This document shows positions 11,265 to 21,543 of a stretch of DNA of 64,000 nt, one piece after another. How positions within the stretch are numbered: the stretch's first letter is position 1; the number at the start of each line of letters is the position of its first letter. Source of the DNA: an uncultured Nitrospiraceae bacterium (lineage in GTDB: Bacteria > Nitrospirota > Thermodesulfovibrionia > Thermodesulfovibrionales > SM23-35); contig CAVSHB010000001.1 of the NCBI GenBank assembly GCA_963727775.1, positions 416,001 to 480,000 on the forward strand, in the 5' to 3' direction. Under the pieces are notes generated by a model. It was not told the origin of the DNA. It searched no databases and saw nothing but the letters and a program-made list of their open reading frames with translations. The position numbers were made by a program, and so were the translations under genes.

Positions 11265-12317
11265 ATGGACCTGAAGAAAATAGGCTTTCAGCTACCTGAA
11301 GCAGTAAAGTTTGATGAAGAGACTCTCACTGATTCATATGGGAAACTTATAGCTGAGCCTTTAGAACGTGGGTTTGGTACCACATTAGGGAATGCACTTA
11401 GGAGAGTTTTACTTTCCTCTATCGAGGGTGCTGCAGTAACTGCCGTTAAGATACCGGGTGCCCTTCATGAGTTTTCGACAATAAAGGGTGTGAAGGAAGA
11501 CGTCGTTGATATAATCCTAAACATAAAGAAGCTCAGATTCAAGCTGTATTCAAATGGCAAGAAGATTGCGACAATAAAAGTGAAGGGTCCCAAGATTGTG
11601 ACGGGCGGAGATATTGAGGGGGACACATCTTTCGATCTCCTGAACCCTGAACAGGTTATTGCAACTTTGGATAAAGACGCCACCTTTGAAGCTGAGCTGT
11701 ATATAAAAAAAGGCAAAGGGTATATTGCAGCTGATCTGAATAAAGAGGAAGATCTCCCTGTTAATATGATAGCGGTTGATTCTATTTTTACGCCCATAAA
11801 GAAGGTCAACTTCATTGTTGAAAAGACAAGGGTCGGAAGGGCTACGGATTATGACAGACTTATAATGGAAATATGGACCGACGGAAGTGTAACACCTGAA
11901 AGGGCGATTTCTCAGGCCGCTTCTATTATTATTGACCATATGGATTTGTTCGTGTTGGAAGAAGACGACCTGGAAGAAGAGAATATTTCTGTTGATCAGG
12001 GTGATTTGATACATTCATTGAGCGAGGATCCCGTCTTCAATAATAATCTTCTGAAAAGTGTTGAAGAACTCGAACTCTCGGTAAGATCATATAATTGTCT
12101 GAAGAATGCGAATATAAAAACCATCGCCGACCTTGTGCAAAAGACCGAACAGGAGATGCTTAGGACAAAGAACTTCGGCCGCAAGTCCCTTAATGAAATA
12201 AAAGAGATATTACACACAATGGGACTGCGTCTCGGAATGAGGGTTGATCTTGACGCTCTAAATAAAGAGGCGGCATTACAAATCGGAGGTACAGAGCAAG
12301 ATGCGACACAGAGTTGA
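11265..12317 (+). CDS. rpoA: RNA polymerase alpha subunit
   Basis: EPLERGFGTTLGNALRRVLLSS; CTD LSVRSYNCL, NFGRKSL.EI. Confidence 0.99.
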   Translation: MDLKKIGFQLPEAVKFDEETLTDSYGKLIAEPLERGFGTTLGNALRRVLLSSIEGAAVTAVKIPGALHEFSTIKGVKEDVVDIILNIKKLRFKLYSNGKKIATIKVKGPKIVTGGDIEGDTSFDLLNPEQVIATLDKDATFEAELYIKKGKGYIAADLNKEEDLPVNMIAVDSIFTPIKKVNFIVEKTRVGRATDYDRLIMEIWTDGSVTPERAISQAASIIIDHMDLFVLEEDDLEEENISVDQGDLIHSLSEDPVFNNNLLKSVEELELSVRSYNCLKNANIKTIADLVQKTEQEMLRTKNFGRKSLNEIKEILHTMGLRLGMRVDLDALNKEAALQIGGTEQDATQS

Positions 12318-12717
12318 TGGAAGGTTATTCGGAAGAACGGCGAATCAGAGGAAAGCTTTGTTAAGAGGGCTAGTGTCCTCTTTGCTGGAACATGAAAGAA
12401 TAGAGACTACGGTTGCCAAGGCAAAAGAAGTCAAGAAAATCGCTGAAAAAATAGTGACCCTCGGTATAAAAGGTGATTTACATTCAAAGAGAATGGCCCT
12501 TTCATATATACCCAACCGCACTGTTATGTCAAGGCTCTTCAGTGAAATAGCTCCGAGATTTTTGGGAAGGAACGGCGGCTACCTCAGAATGATGCATACG
12601 AGGAATAGAGTGAATGACTCTGCTCCGATGGCTGTGCTCGAATTTATTGATTACGAGGATTTAAGGAAGGCAAAAGATACAAAGGCTGAGAAAAAAGAGG
12701 CTGAAAAGTCAGCTTAA
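12301..12717 (+). CDS. rplQ: 50S ribosomal protein L17
   Basis: MRHR, IETT.AKAKE, RNGGYLR. Confidence 0.99.
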   Translation: MRHRVDGRLFGRTANQRKALLRGLVSSLLEHERIETTVAKAKEVKKIAEKIVTLGIKGDLHSKRMALSYIPNRTVMSRLFSEIAPRFLGRNGGYLRMMHTRNRVNDSAPMAVLEFIDYEDLRKAKDTKAEKKEAEKSA

Positions 12718-12737
12718 AGTCCCAAAATTAACACGCA

Positions 12738-12773
12738 AAAGAGAAGGAAAAGTTGAAATTTTTCCTTCTCTTT
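12738..12773. terminator. Probable bidirectional intrinsic terminator between convergent rplQ and the YraN-family gene
   Basis: 14-bp inverted repeat AAAGAGAAGGAAAA / TTTTCCTTCTCTTT. Confidence 0.7.
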
Positions 12774-12828
12774 GTTGCATTCTCTCGATCATACACAAAG
12801 AATAATGCGGGCATTTCCTCTGGAATCC

Positions 12829-13179
12829 TTATACCTCAAATGCGTCTTTAATGTGATCAATCTCCCTTTCGCCGTTGTTCAAACAGAAGATGCTTATAAC
12901 GTCAAACCTTACAGGGAGTTCTTTTTGTTGTTTTTTTAAATAGAAGAGAGCCAAATTTTTCATTTTTTTTCTCTTGTTGCTATTTACAGCTTCGAAAGGA
13001 TAACCGAAGGAGTCATTTGTCCTTGTCTTGACTTCTATGAAAACTGTGGTATTTCCGTCTCTTGCGATGACGTCAATTTCACCGATGACTGTTTTGTAAT
13101 TCCTCGCAATTATCTTGTAGCCTTTTTTCTTGAGGAAATGTATGGCCAGGTCTTCTCCTTCAGTGCCAAGGGCCTTCAT
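12829..13179 (-). CDS. YraN (UPF0102) family nuclease-fold protein
   Basis: G..GE..A..FL...GY.I..RNY...GEID.IA, FIEVKTR, RFDVI. Confidence 0.93.
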   Translation of the reverse strand: MKALGTEGEDLAIHFLKKKGYKIIARNYKTVIGEIDVIARDGNTTVFIEVKTRTNDSFGYPFEAVNSNKRKKMKNLALFYLKKQQKELPVRFDVISIFCLNNGEREIDHIKDAFEV

Positions 13180-13591
13180 TGCCTTCGAGTCTCCTGATGA
13201 GCTTCGGTATTCCCTCTATATCCTTGATCTCTTTCTGACAGAGTACCTTTAAAAGATCCCTGAAAGAAGAATATTCTTCCCAGTGGCCTTTGAGGTAAGC
13301 AGAAAGTATTTTATTAAGGTCTTCACCCTTCCTGTCCCAGTCGGAAAGTAAAACAACTCTGTGAAATCTATGAATGATATCATCACAGAAATCATAGAGG
13401 TTTTTGCCGTTATGGAGCGTTATGATTTCACCGGTGACGCCGAGACTTTTCAGGGCAGACGCGTCCTTTTTGCCTTCAACGATTACAGGGACTGTTATGT
13501 TTACTTCAATCAGATGCTCGAAGACCTCTCTTAACCTCTCGGCCCTCTCAACATCGATGGCTGACGGAAATAGTTTATGTGTATTAATCAT
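13160..13591 (-). CDS. Stand-alone Toprim-domain protein
   Basis: VIVEGKKD..AL and LLSDWDRKGE (DxD) motifs. Confidence 0.8.
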   Translation of the reverse strand: MINTHKLFPSAIDVERAERLREVFEHLIEVNITVPVIVEGKKDASALKSLGVTGEIITLHNGKNLYDFCDDIIHRFHRVVLLSDWDRKGEDLNKILSAYLKGHWEEYSSFRDLLKVLCQKEIKDIEGIPKLIRRLEGNEGPWH

Positions 13592-13744
13592 ATATAATTT
13601 TTATAATACAAAATGTGATCTGTAATTACAAATACGTAAAAAACTGAAAAAAAACATGCGGTTATTATAAAATAAAATATAACATTTCATAGTTTATTTC
13701 AAAGGATTGTTTAGTTGACTTTAGGAAATATTTTATATAAGGTT

Positions 13745-16092
13745 AAAGCATGGCGGCAAAGTTAGGACAACTCCTCATAACGGCTAATATCATATCGGAA
13801 GACCAGCTTAAGGAAGCGATCGGCCTCCAGCGGAGGGAAGGCGGCAGGCTTGGGACGAACCTGATGAAGTTAGGGTATATAACTGAAGAGAAGCTTGTTA
13901 CTTTTTTAAGCAAACAATGGGGTGTTCCGGCAATAAACCTTTCTGATTATAAAATAGATCCGTCGGTATTAAAGCTTATTCCGGCAGAGATAGTGAAGAA
14001 GTACTTAATCATACCTGTAGCGAGAGTAGGAGCGACCTTAACGATAGCAATGGCTGACCCGTCTAATGTGTTTGTGATAGACGATGTAAAGTTTATGACG
14101 GGGTATAACGTTGAAGTAGTAGTGTCTGGGGAATCATCGATAATCAATGCCATAACGGGGTACTACCGGGGAGGGGGGGAGGCACTGGTTTCGACGAGGA
14201 AGTCCCCTGCCGCCGCGGCAAAGACGATTCAGGCCAAGGATTATACGATGTCGGATGAGGAATTCAAAGGGGATGAAGCCTTTGCCTCTTTTGATGAAAG
14301 CGTTACGGTCGACGTAGATGAATTCGATAAAGTGATAGGCGAGGCTTTAGATGATGTCGAAATTGTTGAGGAACAGGAAGATGATGCTGTAAGGGATGTA
14401 GAACGGCCTATTGTCAAACTCGTTAACGGCATTCTTATTAATGCGATAAAGGAGAGGGCAAGCGATGTCCACATAGAGCCATATGAGAACTCCCTGAGGG
14501 TACGGCAGCGGGTAGATGGAGTTATGTATACGGTTATGAATCTGCCGGTGAAAATAAAGGCTGCCGTAACGTCGAGGATAAAAATAATGTCCAGCCTCGA
14601 TATTGCCGAGAGGAGACTTCCGCAGGATGGAAGGATTAAACTGAAACTCGGCAAGAAGAAAGAGATAGATTTCCGTGTATCAACGGTACCGTGCCTCTTT
14701 GGGGAAAGGACTGTTTTGCGGCTTCTTGACAAGTCGAACCTTCAGGTAGACCTTACAAAGTTGGGGTTTGAAGAAGAGAATCTGAAAGAATTCATGGATG
14801 CGCTGGAAAAGCCATATGGGATGGCGCTTGTAACAGGGCCCACAGGAAGCGGAAAGACGACGACACTCTATTCTGCATTGCATTATCTCAATAAAATAGG
14901 TGTTAATGTATCAACTGCCGAGGACCCTGTTGAGTATAACTTCTTGGGGATCAATCAGGTGCAGGTGAAGGAAGATATAGGCCTTACATTTGCTTCGGCA
15001 CTCAGGTCTTTTCTGCGGCAGGACCCCGACATTATCATGGTTGGAGAGATACGTGACTTTGAGACGGCAGAGATCTCAGTGAAGGCTGCGCTGACCGGCC
15101 ATCTTGTCCTGAGCACCCTTCATACAAATGATGCTCCAGGCACTATAAGCAGACTGCTGAATATGGGAATTGAGCCGTTTCTTGTAGCAGCGTCAGTTAT
15201 TCTTATTGTGTCACAAAGGCTTACGAGGGTGATATGTTCATCTTGCAAGGAAGAAGAGAAAGTCCCTCTCCCTGCGCTCATCCAGTTAGGGTTCTCGGAA
15301 GAAGAGGCGGAATCTATAATATGTTATAAAGGCAAAGGTTGTTCTGCATGCAATAATAGCGGGTATAAAGGAAGGATAGCCCTTTATGAAGTCATGTCTC
15401 TTAAGGATGAACTTAAAGAAATGATTCTTGAAGGGGCATCCGCTGATGAATTGAAAAAGACCGCCATCAGACTCGGGATGAGGACATTAAGGGTGAGCGG
15501 GTTGGCCAAGATTAAAAGCGGTATTACTACCATAGATGAAATTGTCAGGGTTACCTTCGGAGATTAAATATGGGAAAAGCATGGCGGCAAAGTTAGGACA
15601 ACTCCTCATAACGGCTAATATCATATCGGAAGACCAGCTTAAGGAAGCGATCGGCCTCCAGCGGAGGGAAGGCGGCAGGCTTGGGACGAACCTGATGAAG
15701 TTAGGGTATATAACTGAAGAGAAGCTTGTTACTTTTTTAAGCAAACAATGGGGTGTTCCGGCAATAAACCTTTCTGATTATAAAATAGATCCGTCGGTAT
15801 TAAAGCTTATTCCGGCAGAGATAGTGAAGAAGTACTTAATCATACCTGTAGCGAGAGTAGGAGCGACCTTAACGATAGCAATGGCTGACCCGTCTAATGT
15901 GTTTGTGATAGACGATGTAAAGTTTATGACGGGGTATAACGTTGAAGTAGTAGTGTCTGGGGAATCATCGATAATCAATGCCATAACGGGGTACTACCGG
16001 GGAGGGGGGGAGGCACTGGTTTCGACGAGGAAGTCCCCTGCCGCCGCGGCAAAGACGATTCAGGCCAAGGATTATATGATGTCGGATGAGGA
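13745..16092 (+). repeat. Direct repeat: 13745-14261 vs 15576-16092 (5' ends of the two pilB genes)
   Basis: Identical over 13745-14245 / 15576-16076, one C/T mismatch, identical again to 14261/16092, then clearly divergent. Confidence 0.93.
13750..15567 (+). CDS. pilB: Type IV-A pilus assembly ATPase PilB, copy 1, with N-terminal MshEN-like motifs
   Basis: GPTGSGKTTT, AEDPVEY, LRQDPD, STLHTNDA, CxxC pairs; N-terminal KLGQLL../RLGTNL..LG repeats. Confidence 0.96.
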   Translation: MAAKLGQLLITANIISEDQLKEAIGLQRREGGRLGTNLMKLGYITEEKLVTFLSKQWGVPAINLSDYKIDPSVLKLIPAEIVKKYLIIPVARVGATLTIAMADPSNVFVIDDVKFMTGYNVEVVVSGESSIINAITGYYRGGGEALVSTRKSPAAAAKTIQAKDYTMSDEEFKGDEAFASFDESVTVDVDEFDKVIGEALDDVEIVEEQEDDAVRDVERPIVKLVNGILINAIKERASDVHIEPYENSLRVRQRVDGVMYTVMNLPVKIKAAVTSRIKIMSSLDIAERRLPQDGRIKLKLGKKKEIDFRVSTVPCLFGERTVLRLLDKSNLQVDLTKLGFEEENLKEFMDALEKPYGMALVTGPTGSGKTTTLYSALHYLNKIGVNVSTAEDPVEYNFLGINQVQVKEDIGLTFASALRSFLRQDPDIIMVGEIRDFETAEISVKAALTGHLVLSTLHTNDAPGTISRLLNMGIEPFLVAASVILIVSQRLTRVICSSCKEEEKVPLPALIQLGFSEEEAESIICYKGKGCSACNNSGYKGRIALYEVMSLKDELKEMILEGASADELKKTAIRLGMRTLRVSGLAKIKSGITTIDEIVRVTFGD

Positions 16093-17398
16093 CCTTAAGG
16101 ATGAAGATACGCTGACTCAGACTGATGAAAGTTTTAGCGTCGATGTAGATGAATTCGATAAGGTCGTAGGTGACGCCCTGGACAGTGTTGAGGCTTATAC
16201 AGAACAGGATGATACCACAGCCGGGGAAGTTGAAGAACCTATTGTCAAACTCGTTAACGGTATCCTTGTCAATGCTATTAAGACCGGAGCAAGCGATATT
16301 CATGTAGAGCCGTATGAGCGCGCGCTGAGGGTCAGGTACAGGGTTGACGGAGTTCTTTTTAATGCGATGAACCTGCCGTTAAAGATAAAGAACCCTATAA
16401 CATCGAGACTTAAGATAATGGCAAAGCTTGATATCGCCGAGAGGAGACTTCCGCAGGACGGAAGGATCAAGCTGAGACTCGGCAAGAAAAAAGAGATAGA
16501 TTTCCGTGTGTCGGTTCTGCCGTGCCTTTATGGTGAAAAGACGGTCCTCAGGATACTCGATAAGGCAAACCTTCAGGTGGACCTTACAAAGCTGGGGTTT
16601 GAAGAAGAGGCGTTGAAGAAATTTTTTGATGTACTGGAAAAGCCGTACGGTATGATACTCGTTACAGGCCCCACCGGAAGCGGCAAGACTACTACGCTTT
16701 ACTCTGCACTGAATTACCTTAACAAGCCGGGCATCAATATAATGACTGCCGAGGACCCTGTTGAGTATAATTTTTTGGGGATGAACCAGGTGCAGGTGAA
16801 GGAAGAAATAGGCCTTACATTCGCCTCGGCGCTGAGGGCGTTTCTGCGGCAAAGCCCTGATATCATTCTCGTTGGAGAGATACGTGACTTTGAGACCGCG
16901 GAAATTGCGGTAAAAGCGGCGCTGACCGGTCATCTTGTGCTGAGTACCCTTCACACAAATGATGCCCCGAGCAGCATAAGCAGGCTTTTGAATATGGGGA
17001 TAGAGCCGTTTTTAGTATCGGCATCTGTTATCCTGATCGCGGCACAGAGACTTGCCAGAAAAATTTGTACGGAATGCAAGGAAGAGGAAAAATTTCCCGT
17101 TTCGGCACTTATACAGTTAGGCTTCACGGAAGAAGAGGCAATATCCGTTAAATGTTACAAGGGGAAGGGTTGCCCGGTATGCAATAACTCCGGGTATAAA
17201 GGGAGGATAGCATTGTATGAAGTTATGCCTGTCGGCAGCGAGATAAAAGAGATGGTTCTTGAAGGCGCATCAGCGGATGAACTGAAGAAGACTGCCGTCA
17301 GGCACGGTATGAAGACCTTAAGGATGAGCGGCCTTACGAAGGTAAAAGAAGGTGTGACCTCTATAGAAGAGGTAATGAGAGTGACATTCGGAGACTGA
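15581..17398 (+). CDS. pilB: Type IV-A pilus assembly ATPase PilB, copy 2
   Basis: Same motifs as copy 1; start moved to ATG 15581 by identity with copy 1. Confidence 0.96.
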   Translation: MAAKLGQLLITANIISEDQLKEAIGLQRREGGRLGTNLMKLGYITEEKLVTFLSKQWGVPAINLSDYKIDPSVLKLIPAEIVKKYLIIPVARVGATLTIAMADPSNVFVIDDVKFMTGYNVEVVVSGESSIINAITGYYRGGGEALVSTRKSPAAAAKTIQAKDYMMSDEDLKDEDTLTQTDESFSVDVDEFDKVVGDALDSVEAYTEQDDTTAGEVEEPIVKLVNGILVNAIKTGASDIHVEPYERALRVRYRVDGVLFNAMNLPLKIKNPITSRLKIMAKLDIAERRLPQDGRIKLRLGKKKEIDFRVSVLPCLYGEKTVLRILDKANLQVDLTKLGFEEEALKKFFDVLEKPYGMILVTGPTGSGKTTTLYSALNYLNKPGINIMTAEDPVEYNFLGMNQVQVKEEIGLTFASALRAFLRQSPDIILVGEIRDFETAEIAVKAALTGHLVLSTLHTNDAPSSISRLLNMGIEPFLVSASVILIAAQRLARKICTECKEEEKFPVSALIQLGFTEEEAISVKCYKGKGCPVCNNSGYKGRIALYEVMPVGSEIKEMVLEGASADELKKTAVRHGMKTLRMSGLTKVKEGVTSIEEVMRVTFGD

Positions 17399-17469
17399 TA
17401 AAACCGGGCAGTGTTGTTATAATGAAAACTAATGATTAAAATCGGATAACTGAGATAACGGAGAGGGAA

Positions 17470-18564
17470 ATGGCTACACTTTATGATCTGCTGAAGATGA
17501 TGATTGAAAAAAATGCCTCAGACCTTCATATAACGACAGGCAGTTCACCGAGGTTGAGGATAGACGGCAAACTTGTGAGTATTGATAATCCGCTTCTGAC
17601 ACCCGCGGATACAAAGGCCCTGTGCTACAGCATTCTTACCGATGCGCAAAAACATAAATATGAGGAAAATAATGAACTCGACCTGTCTTTTGGAGTAAAG
17701 GGTTTAAGCCGGTTCAGGGCAAATATATTTATGCAGCGCGGCGCAGTGGCAGGAGCGTTCAGGACTATACCCTTTGATATCAGAGGCTTTAAGGACCTCG
17801 GCTTACCGGAGATGACAGGTGAACTTGCAAAAAAGACGCGCGGTCTGATTCTCGTTACCGGACCCACCGGAAGCGGAAAATCTACAACCTTAGCCGCAAT
17901 GGTTGACAAAATAAACTCTGAAAGATACGAGCACATAATAACAATAGAAGATCCGATAGAATATCTTCACCCGCACAAGAAGTGTCTGATCAACCAGAGA
18001 GAGGTACATGCCGATACGTCATCTTTTAAGGCTGCGTTGCGGTATGTCCTCAGACAAGATCCCGATGTGGTTCTCATCGGTGAAATGCGCGACCTCGAAA
18101 CAATAGAAGCAGCCCTCACTGTTTCGGAAACAGGACATTTGACTTTGGCTACTTTGCATACAAATTCCGCCGTCCAGACAATAAACCGTATCATTGATGT
18201 CTTCCCGCCGCATCAACAGGAGCAGATAAGGGTCCAGCTCTCTTTTGTGCTTGAAGGCATACTCGCTCAACAGCTTATCCCGAAGAAATCGGGACAGGGT
18301 AGGGTTCTCTCAGTCGAATTACTTGTACCCAACCCTGCCATCAGGAATCTAATAAGAGAAGACAAGATACACCAGATATATTCGATGATGCAGACCGGTC
18401 AGGGAAAGTCCGGAATGCAGACAATGAACGAGTCGTTGTTCGCCCTTTATTCAAAAGGACTTATAAAGTACGAAGATGCTGTCGGGAGATCACCGGTAGC
18501 CGATGAGTTGATTCAAGTGATTCAAAAGAGTCTGCCGTCAACCTCCGGGAAAGGAAGGACATAA
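17470..18564 (+). CDS. pilT: Twitching motility retraction ATPase PilT
   Basis: GPTGSGKSTT, GEMRDLET, AIRNLIRE. Confidence 0.97.
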   Translation: MATLYDLLKMMIEKNASDLHITTGSSPRLRIDGKLVSIDNPLLTPADTKALCYSILTDAQKHKYEENNELDLSFGVKGLSRFRANIFMQRGAVAGAFRTIPFDIRGFKDLGLPEMTGELAKKTRGLILVTGPTGSGKSTTLAAMVDKINSERYEHIITIEDPIEYLHPHKKCLINQREVHADTSSFKAALRYVLRQDPDVVLIGEMRDLETIEAALTVSETGHLTLATLHTNSAVQTINRIIDVFPPHQQEQIRVQLSFVLEGILAQQLIPKKSGQGRVLSVELLVPNPAIRNLIREDKIHQIYSMMQTGQGKSGMQTMNESLFALYSKGLIKYEDAVGRSPVADELIQVIQKSLPSTSGKGRT

Positions 18565-18566
18565 AA

Positions 18567-19778
18567 ATGGCTATTGTTTTTAAATGGTCCGGCAAGACAT
18601 CGCGGGGAACCATCGAATCAGGTGAAATGACCGCGGCAACAAAAGAAGACGTTATTGCGTTCCTTAAGAAAAGGAATATTGTTGCTACCGTTGTTACTGA
18701 AAAGTCACAGAAGGGGTTGGGCAAGTTTACATTTGGAGGCAAAGTAAAGGATAAGGATATCGTTATATTTACAAGACAATTTGCCACGATGATTGACGCA
18801 GGACTGCCGCTGGTACAGGCCCTTGATATACTGTCGGCGCAGGTTGAAAGTAAGGTCTTGGGCAATGCACTTTTGCAGGTCAAGTCGGATGTTGAATCAG
18901 GAGCGACATATGCTGATGCTCTTAGAAAACACACCCGTATATTCAGTGAATTATATGTGAATATGGTTGCTGCGGGTGAGGCAGGCGGGATACTCGATAC
19001 AATACTTAACAGGCTGGCAGTTTACATTGAAAAGGCGATGAAGCTGAAAAAGAAGGTCAAGGGGGCAATGGTTTATCCCGCTGTTGTCTCATCAATCGCT
19101 GTTTTGGTAATTGCCGTCATAATGATATTCGTTGTCCCGACATTCTCTAAGATGTTTGCTACCCTGGGAGGAACACTCCCTTTGCCGACAAGGATGATCG
19201 TTGGTCTCAGTGGTTTCATCGCAGGCATCGGCGGGTTGATTATCTTAATGGCGATTGTCGCAATAGTAGTCTTTATTGTTCAGGTCAGGAGAACGGAGAA
19301 GGGTAAGCACGTCATAGATAAAATTCTGCTCAGGCTCCCGATTTTCGGTCCTTTGCTGAATAAAGTAGCCGTGGCAAAATTCACAAGGACACTGGGTACC
19401 CTTGTCAGCAGTGGTGTTCCGATCTTGGACGGTCTTGAGATAACTGCCAAGACGTCAGGCAACAAAGTTATTGAATATGCAATTACCGATGTCAGGAAAG
19501 GGGTAGTCAGCGGGAAGACCCTTGCCGAGCCTATTACAAAAGCCAAGGTGTTTCCGCCTATGGTTACCCATATGATAGCAGTCGGTGAATCGACCGGCGC
19601 GCTTGATGCAATGCTTTCGAAGATCGCCGATTTTTATGATGATGAAGTTGATGCAGCCGTATCGAACCTAACCGCAATGATGGAGCCTTTGCTGATGGTG
19701 TTCCTCGGCGGCGCTGTAGGTTTTATAGTTGTTGCAATGTATTTGCCGATATTCAAACTTATTACACTTATAAAATAA
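18567..19778 (+). CDS. pilC: Type IV pilus inner membrane platform protein PilC
   Basis: FTRQFATMI.AG.P, two T2SSF repeats, MYLPIF. Confidence 0.96.
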   Translation: MAIVFKWSGKTSRGTIESGEMTAATKEDVIAFLKKRNIVATVVTEKSQKGLGKFTFGGKVKDKDIVIFTRQFATMIDAGLPLVQALDILSAQVESKVLGNALLQVKSDVESGATYADALRKHTRIFSELYVNMVAAGEAGGILDTILNRLAVYIEKAMKLKKKVKGAMVYPAVVSSIAVLVIAVIMIFVVPTFSKMFATLGGTLPLPTRMIVGLSGFIAGIGGLIILMAIVAIVVFIVQVRRTEKGKHVIDKILLRLPIFGPLLNKVAVAKFTRTLGTLVSSGVPILDGLEITAKTSGNKVIEYAITDVRKGVVSGKTLAEPITKAKVFPPMVTHMIAVGESTGALDAMLSKIADFYDDEVDAAVSNLTAMMEPLLMVFLGGAVGFIVVAMYLPIFKLITLIK

Positions 19779-19944
19779 AGACCGGCTCTTATTCAAAAAA
19801 GGTGAATTGAAGAATTCGAGAATTGCAGGTGCCGGACAACCTACTGATGTTCGGCAAAACCTCAGGATCCTTGATGGGACAGTGCTATGAACACCTTATG
19901 TCCGATCCCCCTTTGGACGGTCTACTGCCCGGTATATTTGTGGT

Positions 19945-21543
19945 ATGGAATTTATGTCTGAAGATATCATAACGCTAAAAAAGAAATTAAAGGCTTTGAT
20001 AGTATTCAGGGTCATCTTTGTCACCCTTTTCTTCGGTTCTTCTTTTTTCTTCTGGGGATTTGGAAGATTTCATGATATCCACACGCTATCTTACCTGATT
20101 ATATCCCAGTATGTTTTTACTATTATTTATTACCTTCTGCTCGAAAGAACCGGCAATCTTGTCCTGTTTGCATATGTACAGTTGACGATCGATATTTTTT
20201 TCGAGATACTGCTTATCTATTTTACAGGCGGAATTGACAGCTGGTTTTCCTTTACTCTAGTACTTACGATCCTGGCTTCAAGTATCGTGCTGAATAAAAA
20301 AGCAGGCTTTATCACTGCAACATTAAGCAGCGTTCTTTACGGTATGCTCATCAATCTTCAGTTATACGGCTTGCTGGCCGTCAAAAGTGAAGGCCTTATG
20401 GAAGCGAAGGATTATTTATACAAGATATTCATTCATACGATTTTCTTTTATCTTACCGCCTATCTCAGCGGATATCTCTCATCAAGGCTTGAGAAGACGG
20501 TGCAAAAACTTGCGGAAAAAGACCTGGATATACGTGACCTCGAAATTTTTACCAGAGAAGTCGTAGAAGGCCTGCCGAGCGGCCTTTTTACTACTGACAT
20601 GTCCGGAAGGGTACTGCTCTTCAACCGCGCCGCTGAAAGAATAACGGGGATCGGGAGAGAGGCTGTTATAGGACAGAAGATAGATTCAGTTATCCCGTTC
20701 TTCCCGTTTCCGTTTTATGAAGAACGAAGGGATGAAAAAACGGTAACAACCGGTCGCACTCAAAAGATAATTGGACTTAATATCTCATTAATGAAAGGCG
20801 CGGCTGATAACACTAAAGGTTTTATAGTGGTTTTCCAGGACCTTACGCCGTTCAAAAAACTTGAAGCGGAAATGAAACAAAAAGAAAAATGGGCAGCCAT
20901 AGGAGAACTTTCATCGAATATCGCCCATGAGATCAGGAATCCCCTCGCCTCTTTAAAGGGTTCAATAGAAATGATCAGGGAAGATTCGATACCGAAGAAT
21001 CAAAAAGAGAGGCTTATGGAGATTGCCTTAAACGAGATGGACCGCCTTAACCGCATTATAACCGATTTCCTTACCTATTCACGTCCTACACCACCGGAAT
21101 TCAGTCAGTTTGATATCCATGAACTTCTCGATGAAACAATAGACCTCCTAAAGAATGTAGATCAAAATAATGGGCATGTTTCCATAAGAAAAAATTACAA
21201 CGGCCCGGTTACTGTGAACGGTGACCCCCAGAAATTGCGGCAGGTGTTCTGGAACCTCGGCTTAAATGCAATGGAAGCAATGCCTGAGGGAGGGGAGATT
21301 ATTGTCTCAACAAGAGATACGTCCGATTCTGTTGAGATAACCATGAAGGATTTTGGCGCCGGGATAGAGGAAAAGAACCAAGAAAAAATATTCTACCCAT
21401 TTTTTACTACAAAAGAGCGGGGCACAGGACTTGGACTTGCAATAGCTTACAGGATAGTCGAAGAACACCGGGGCCGGATAAACGTGGAGAGCGGACATGG
21501 AATCGGTACAACCTTTGAGGTTATACTACCCAAAGAAAAATGA
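19945..21543 (+). CDS. pilS: PilS-like sensor histidine kinase (membrane domain, PAS, HisKA)
   Basis: AHEIRNPL, PFFTTK..GTGLGL; pil context. Confidence 0.88.
   Translation: MEFMSEDIITLKKKLKALIVFRVIFVTLFFGSSFFFWGFGRFHDIHTLSYLIISQYVFTIIYYLLLERTGNLVLFAYVQLTIDIFFEILLIYFTGGIDSWFSFTLVLTILASSIVLNKKAGFITATLSSVLYGMLINLQLYGLLAVKSEGLMEAKDYLYKIFIHTIFFYLTAYLSGYLSSRLEKTVQKLAEKDLDIRDLEIFTREVVEGLPSGLFTTDMSGRVLLFNRAAERITGIGREAVIGQKIDSVIPFFPFPFYEERRDEKTVTTGRTQKIIGLNISLMKGAADNTKGFIVVFQDLTPFKKLEAEMKQKEKWAAIGELSSNIAHEIRNPLASLKGSIEMIREDSIPKNQKERLMEIALNEMDRLNRIITDFLTYSRPTPPEFSQFDIHELLDETIDLLKNVDQNNGHVSIRKNYNGPVTVNGDPQKLRQVFWNLGLNAMEAMPEGGEIIVSTRDTSDSVEITMKDFGAGIEEKNQEKIFYPFFTTKERGTGLGLAIAYRIVEEHRGRINVESGHGIGTTFEVILPKEK

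Noticed and set aside
15536..15580. ORF-track start of pilB copy 2 at 15536
   Set aside because: It overlaps copy 1; identity with copy 1 places the start at 15581.
19790..19944. Possible c-di-GMP-I riboswitch upstream of pilS (GGCAAAACC..GGGAC)
   Set aside because: The GNRA loop, GCAAAGC junction and second stem are missing.
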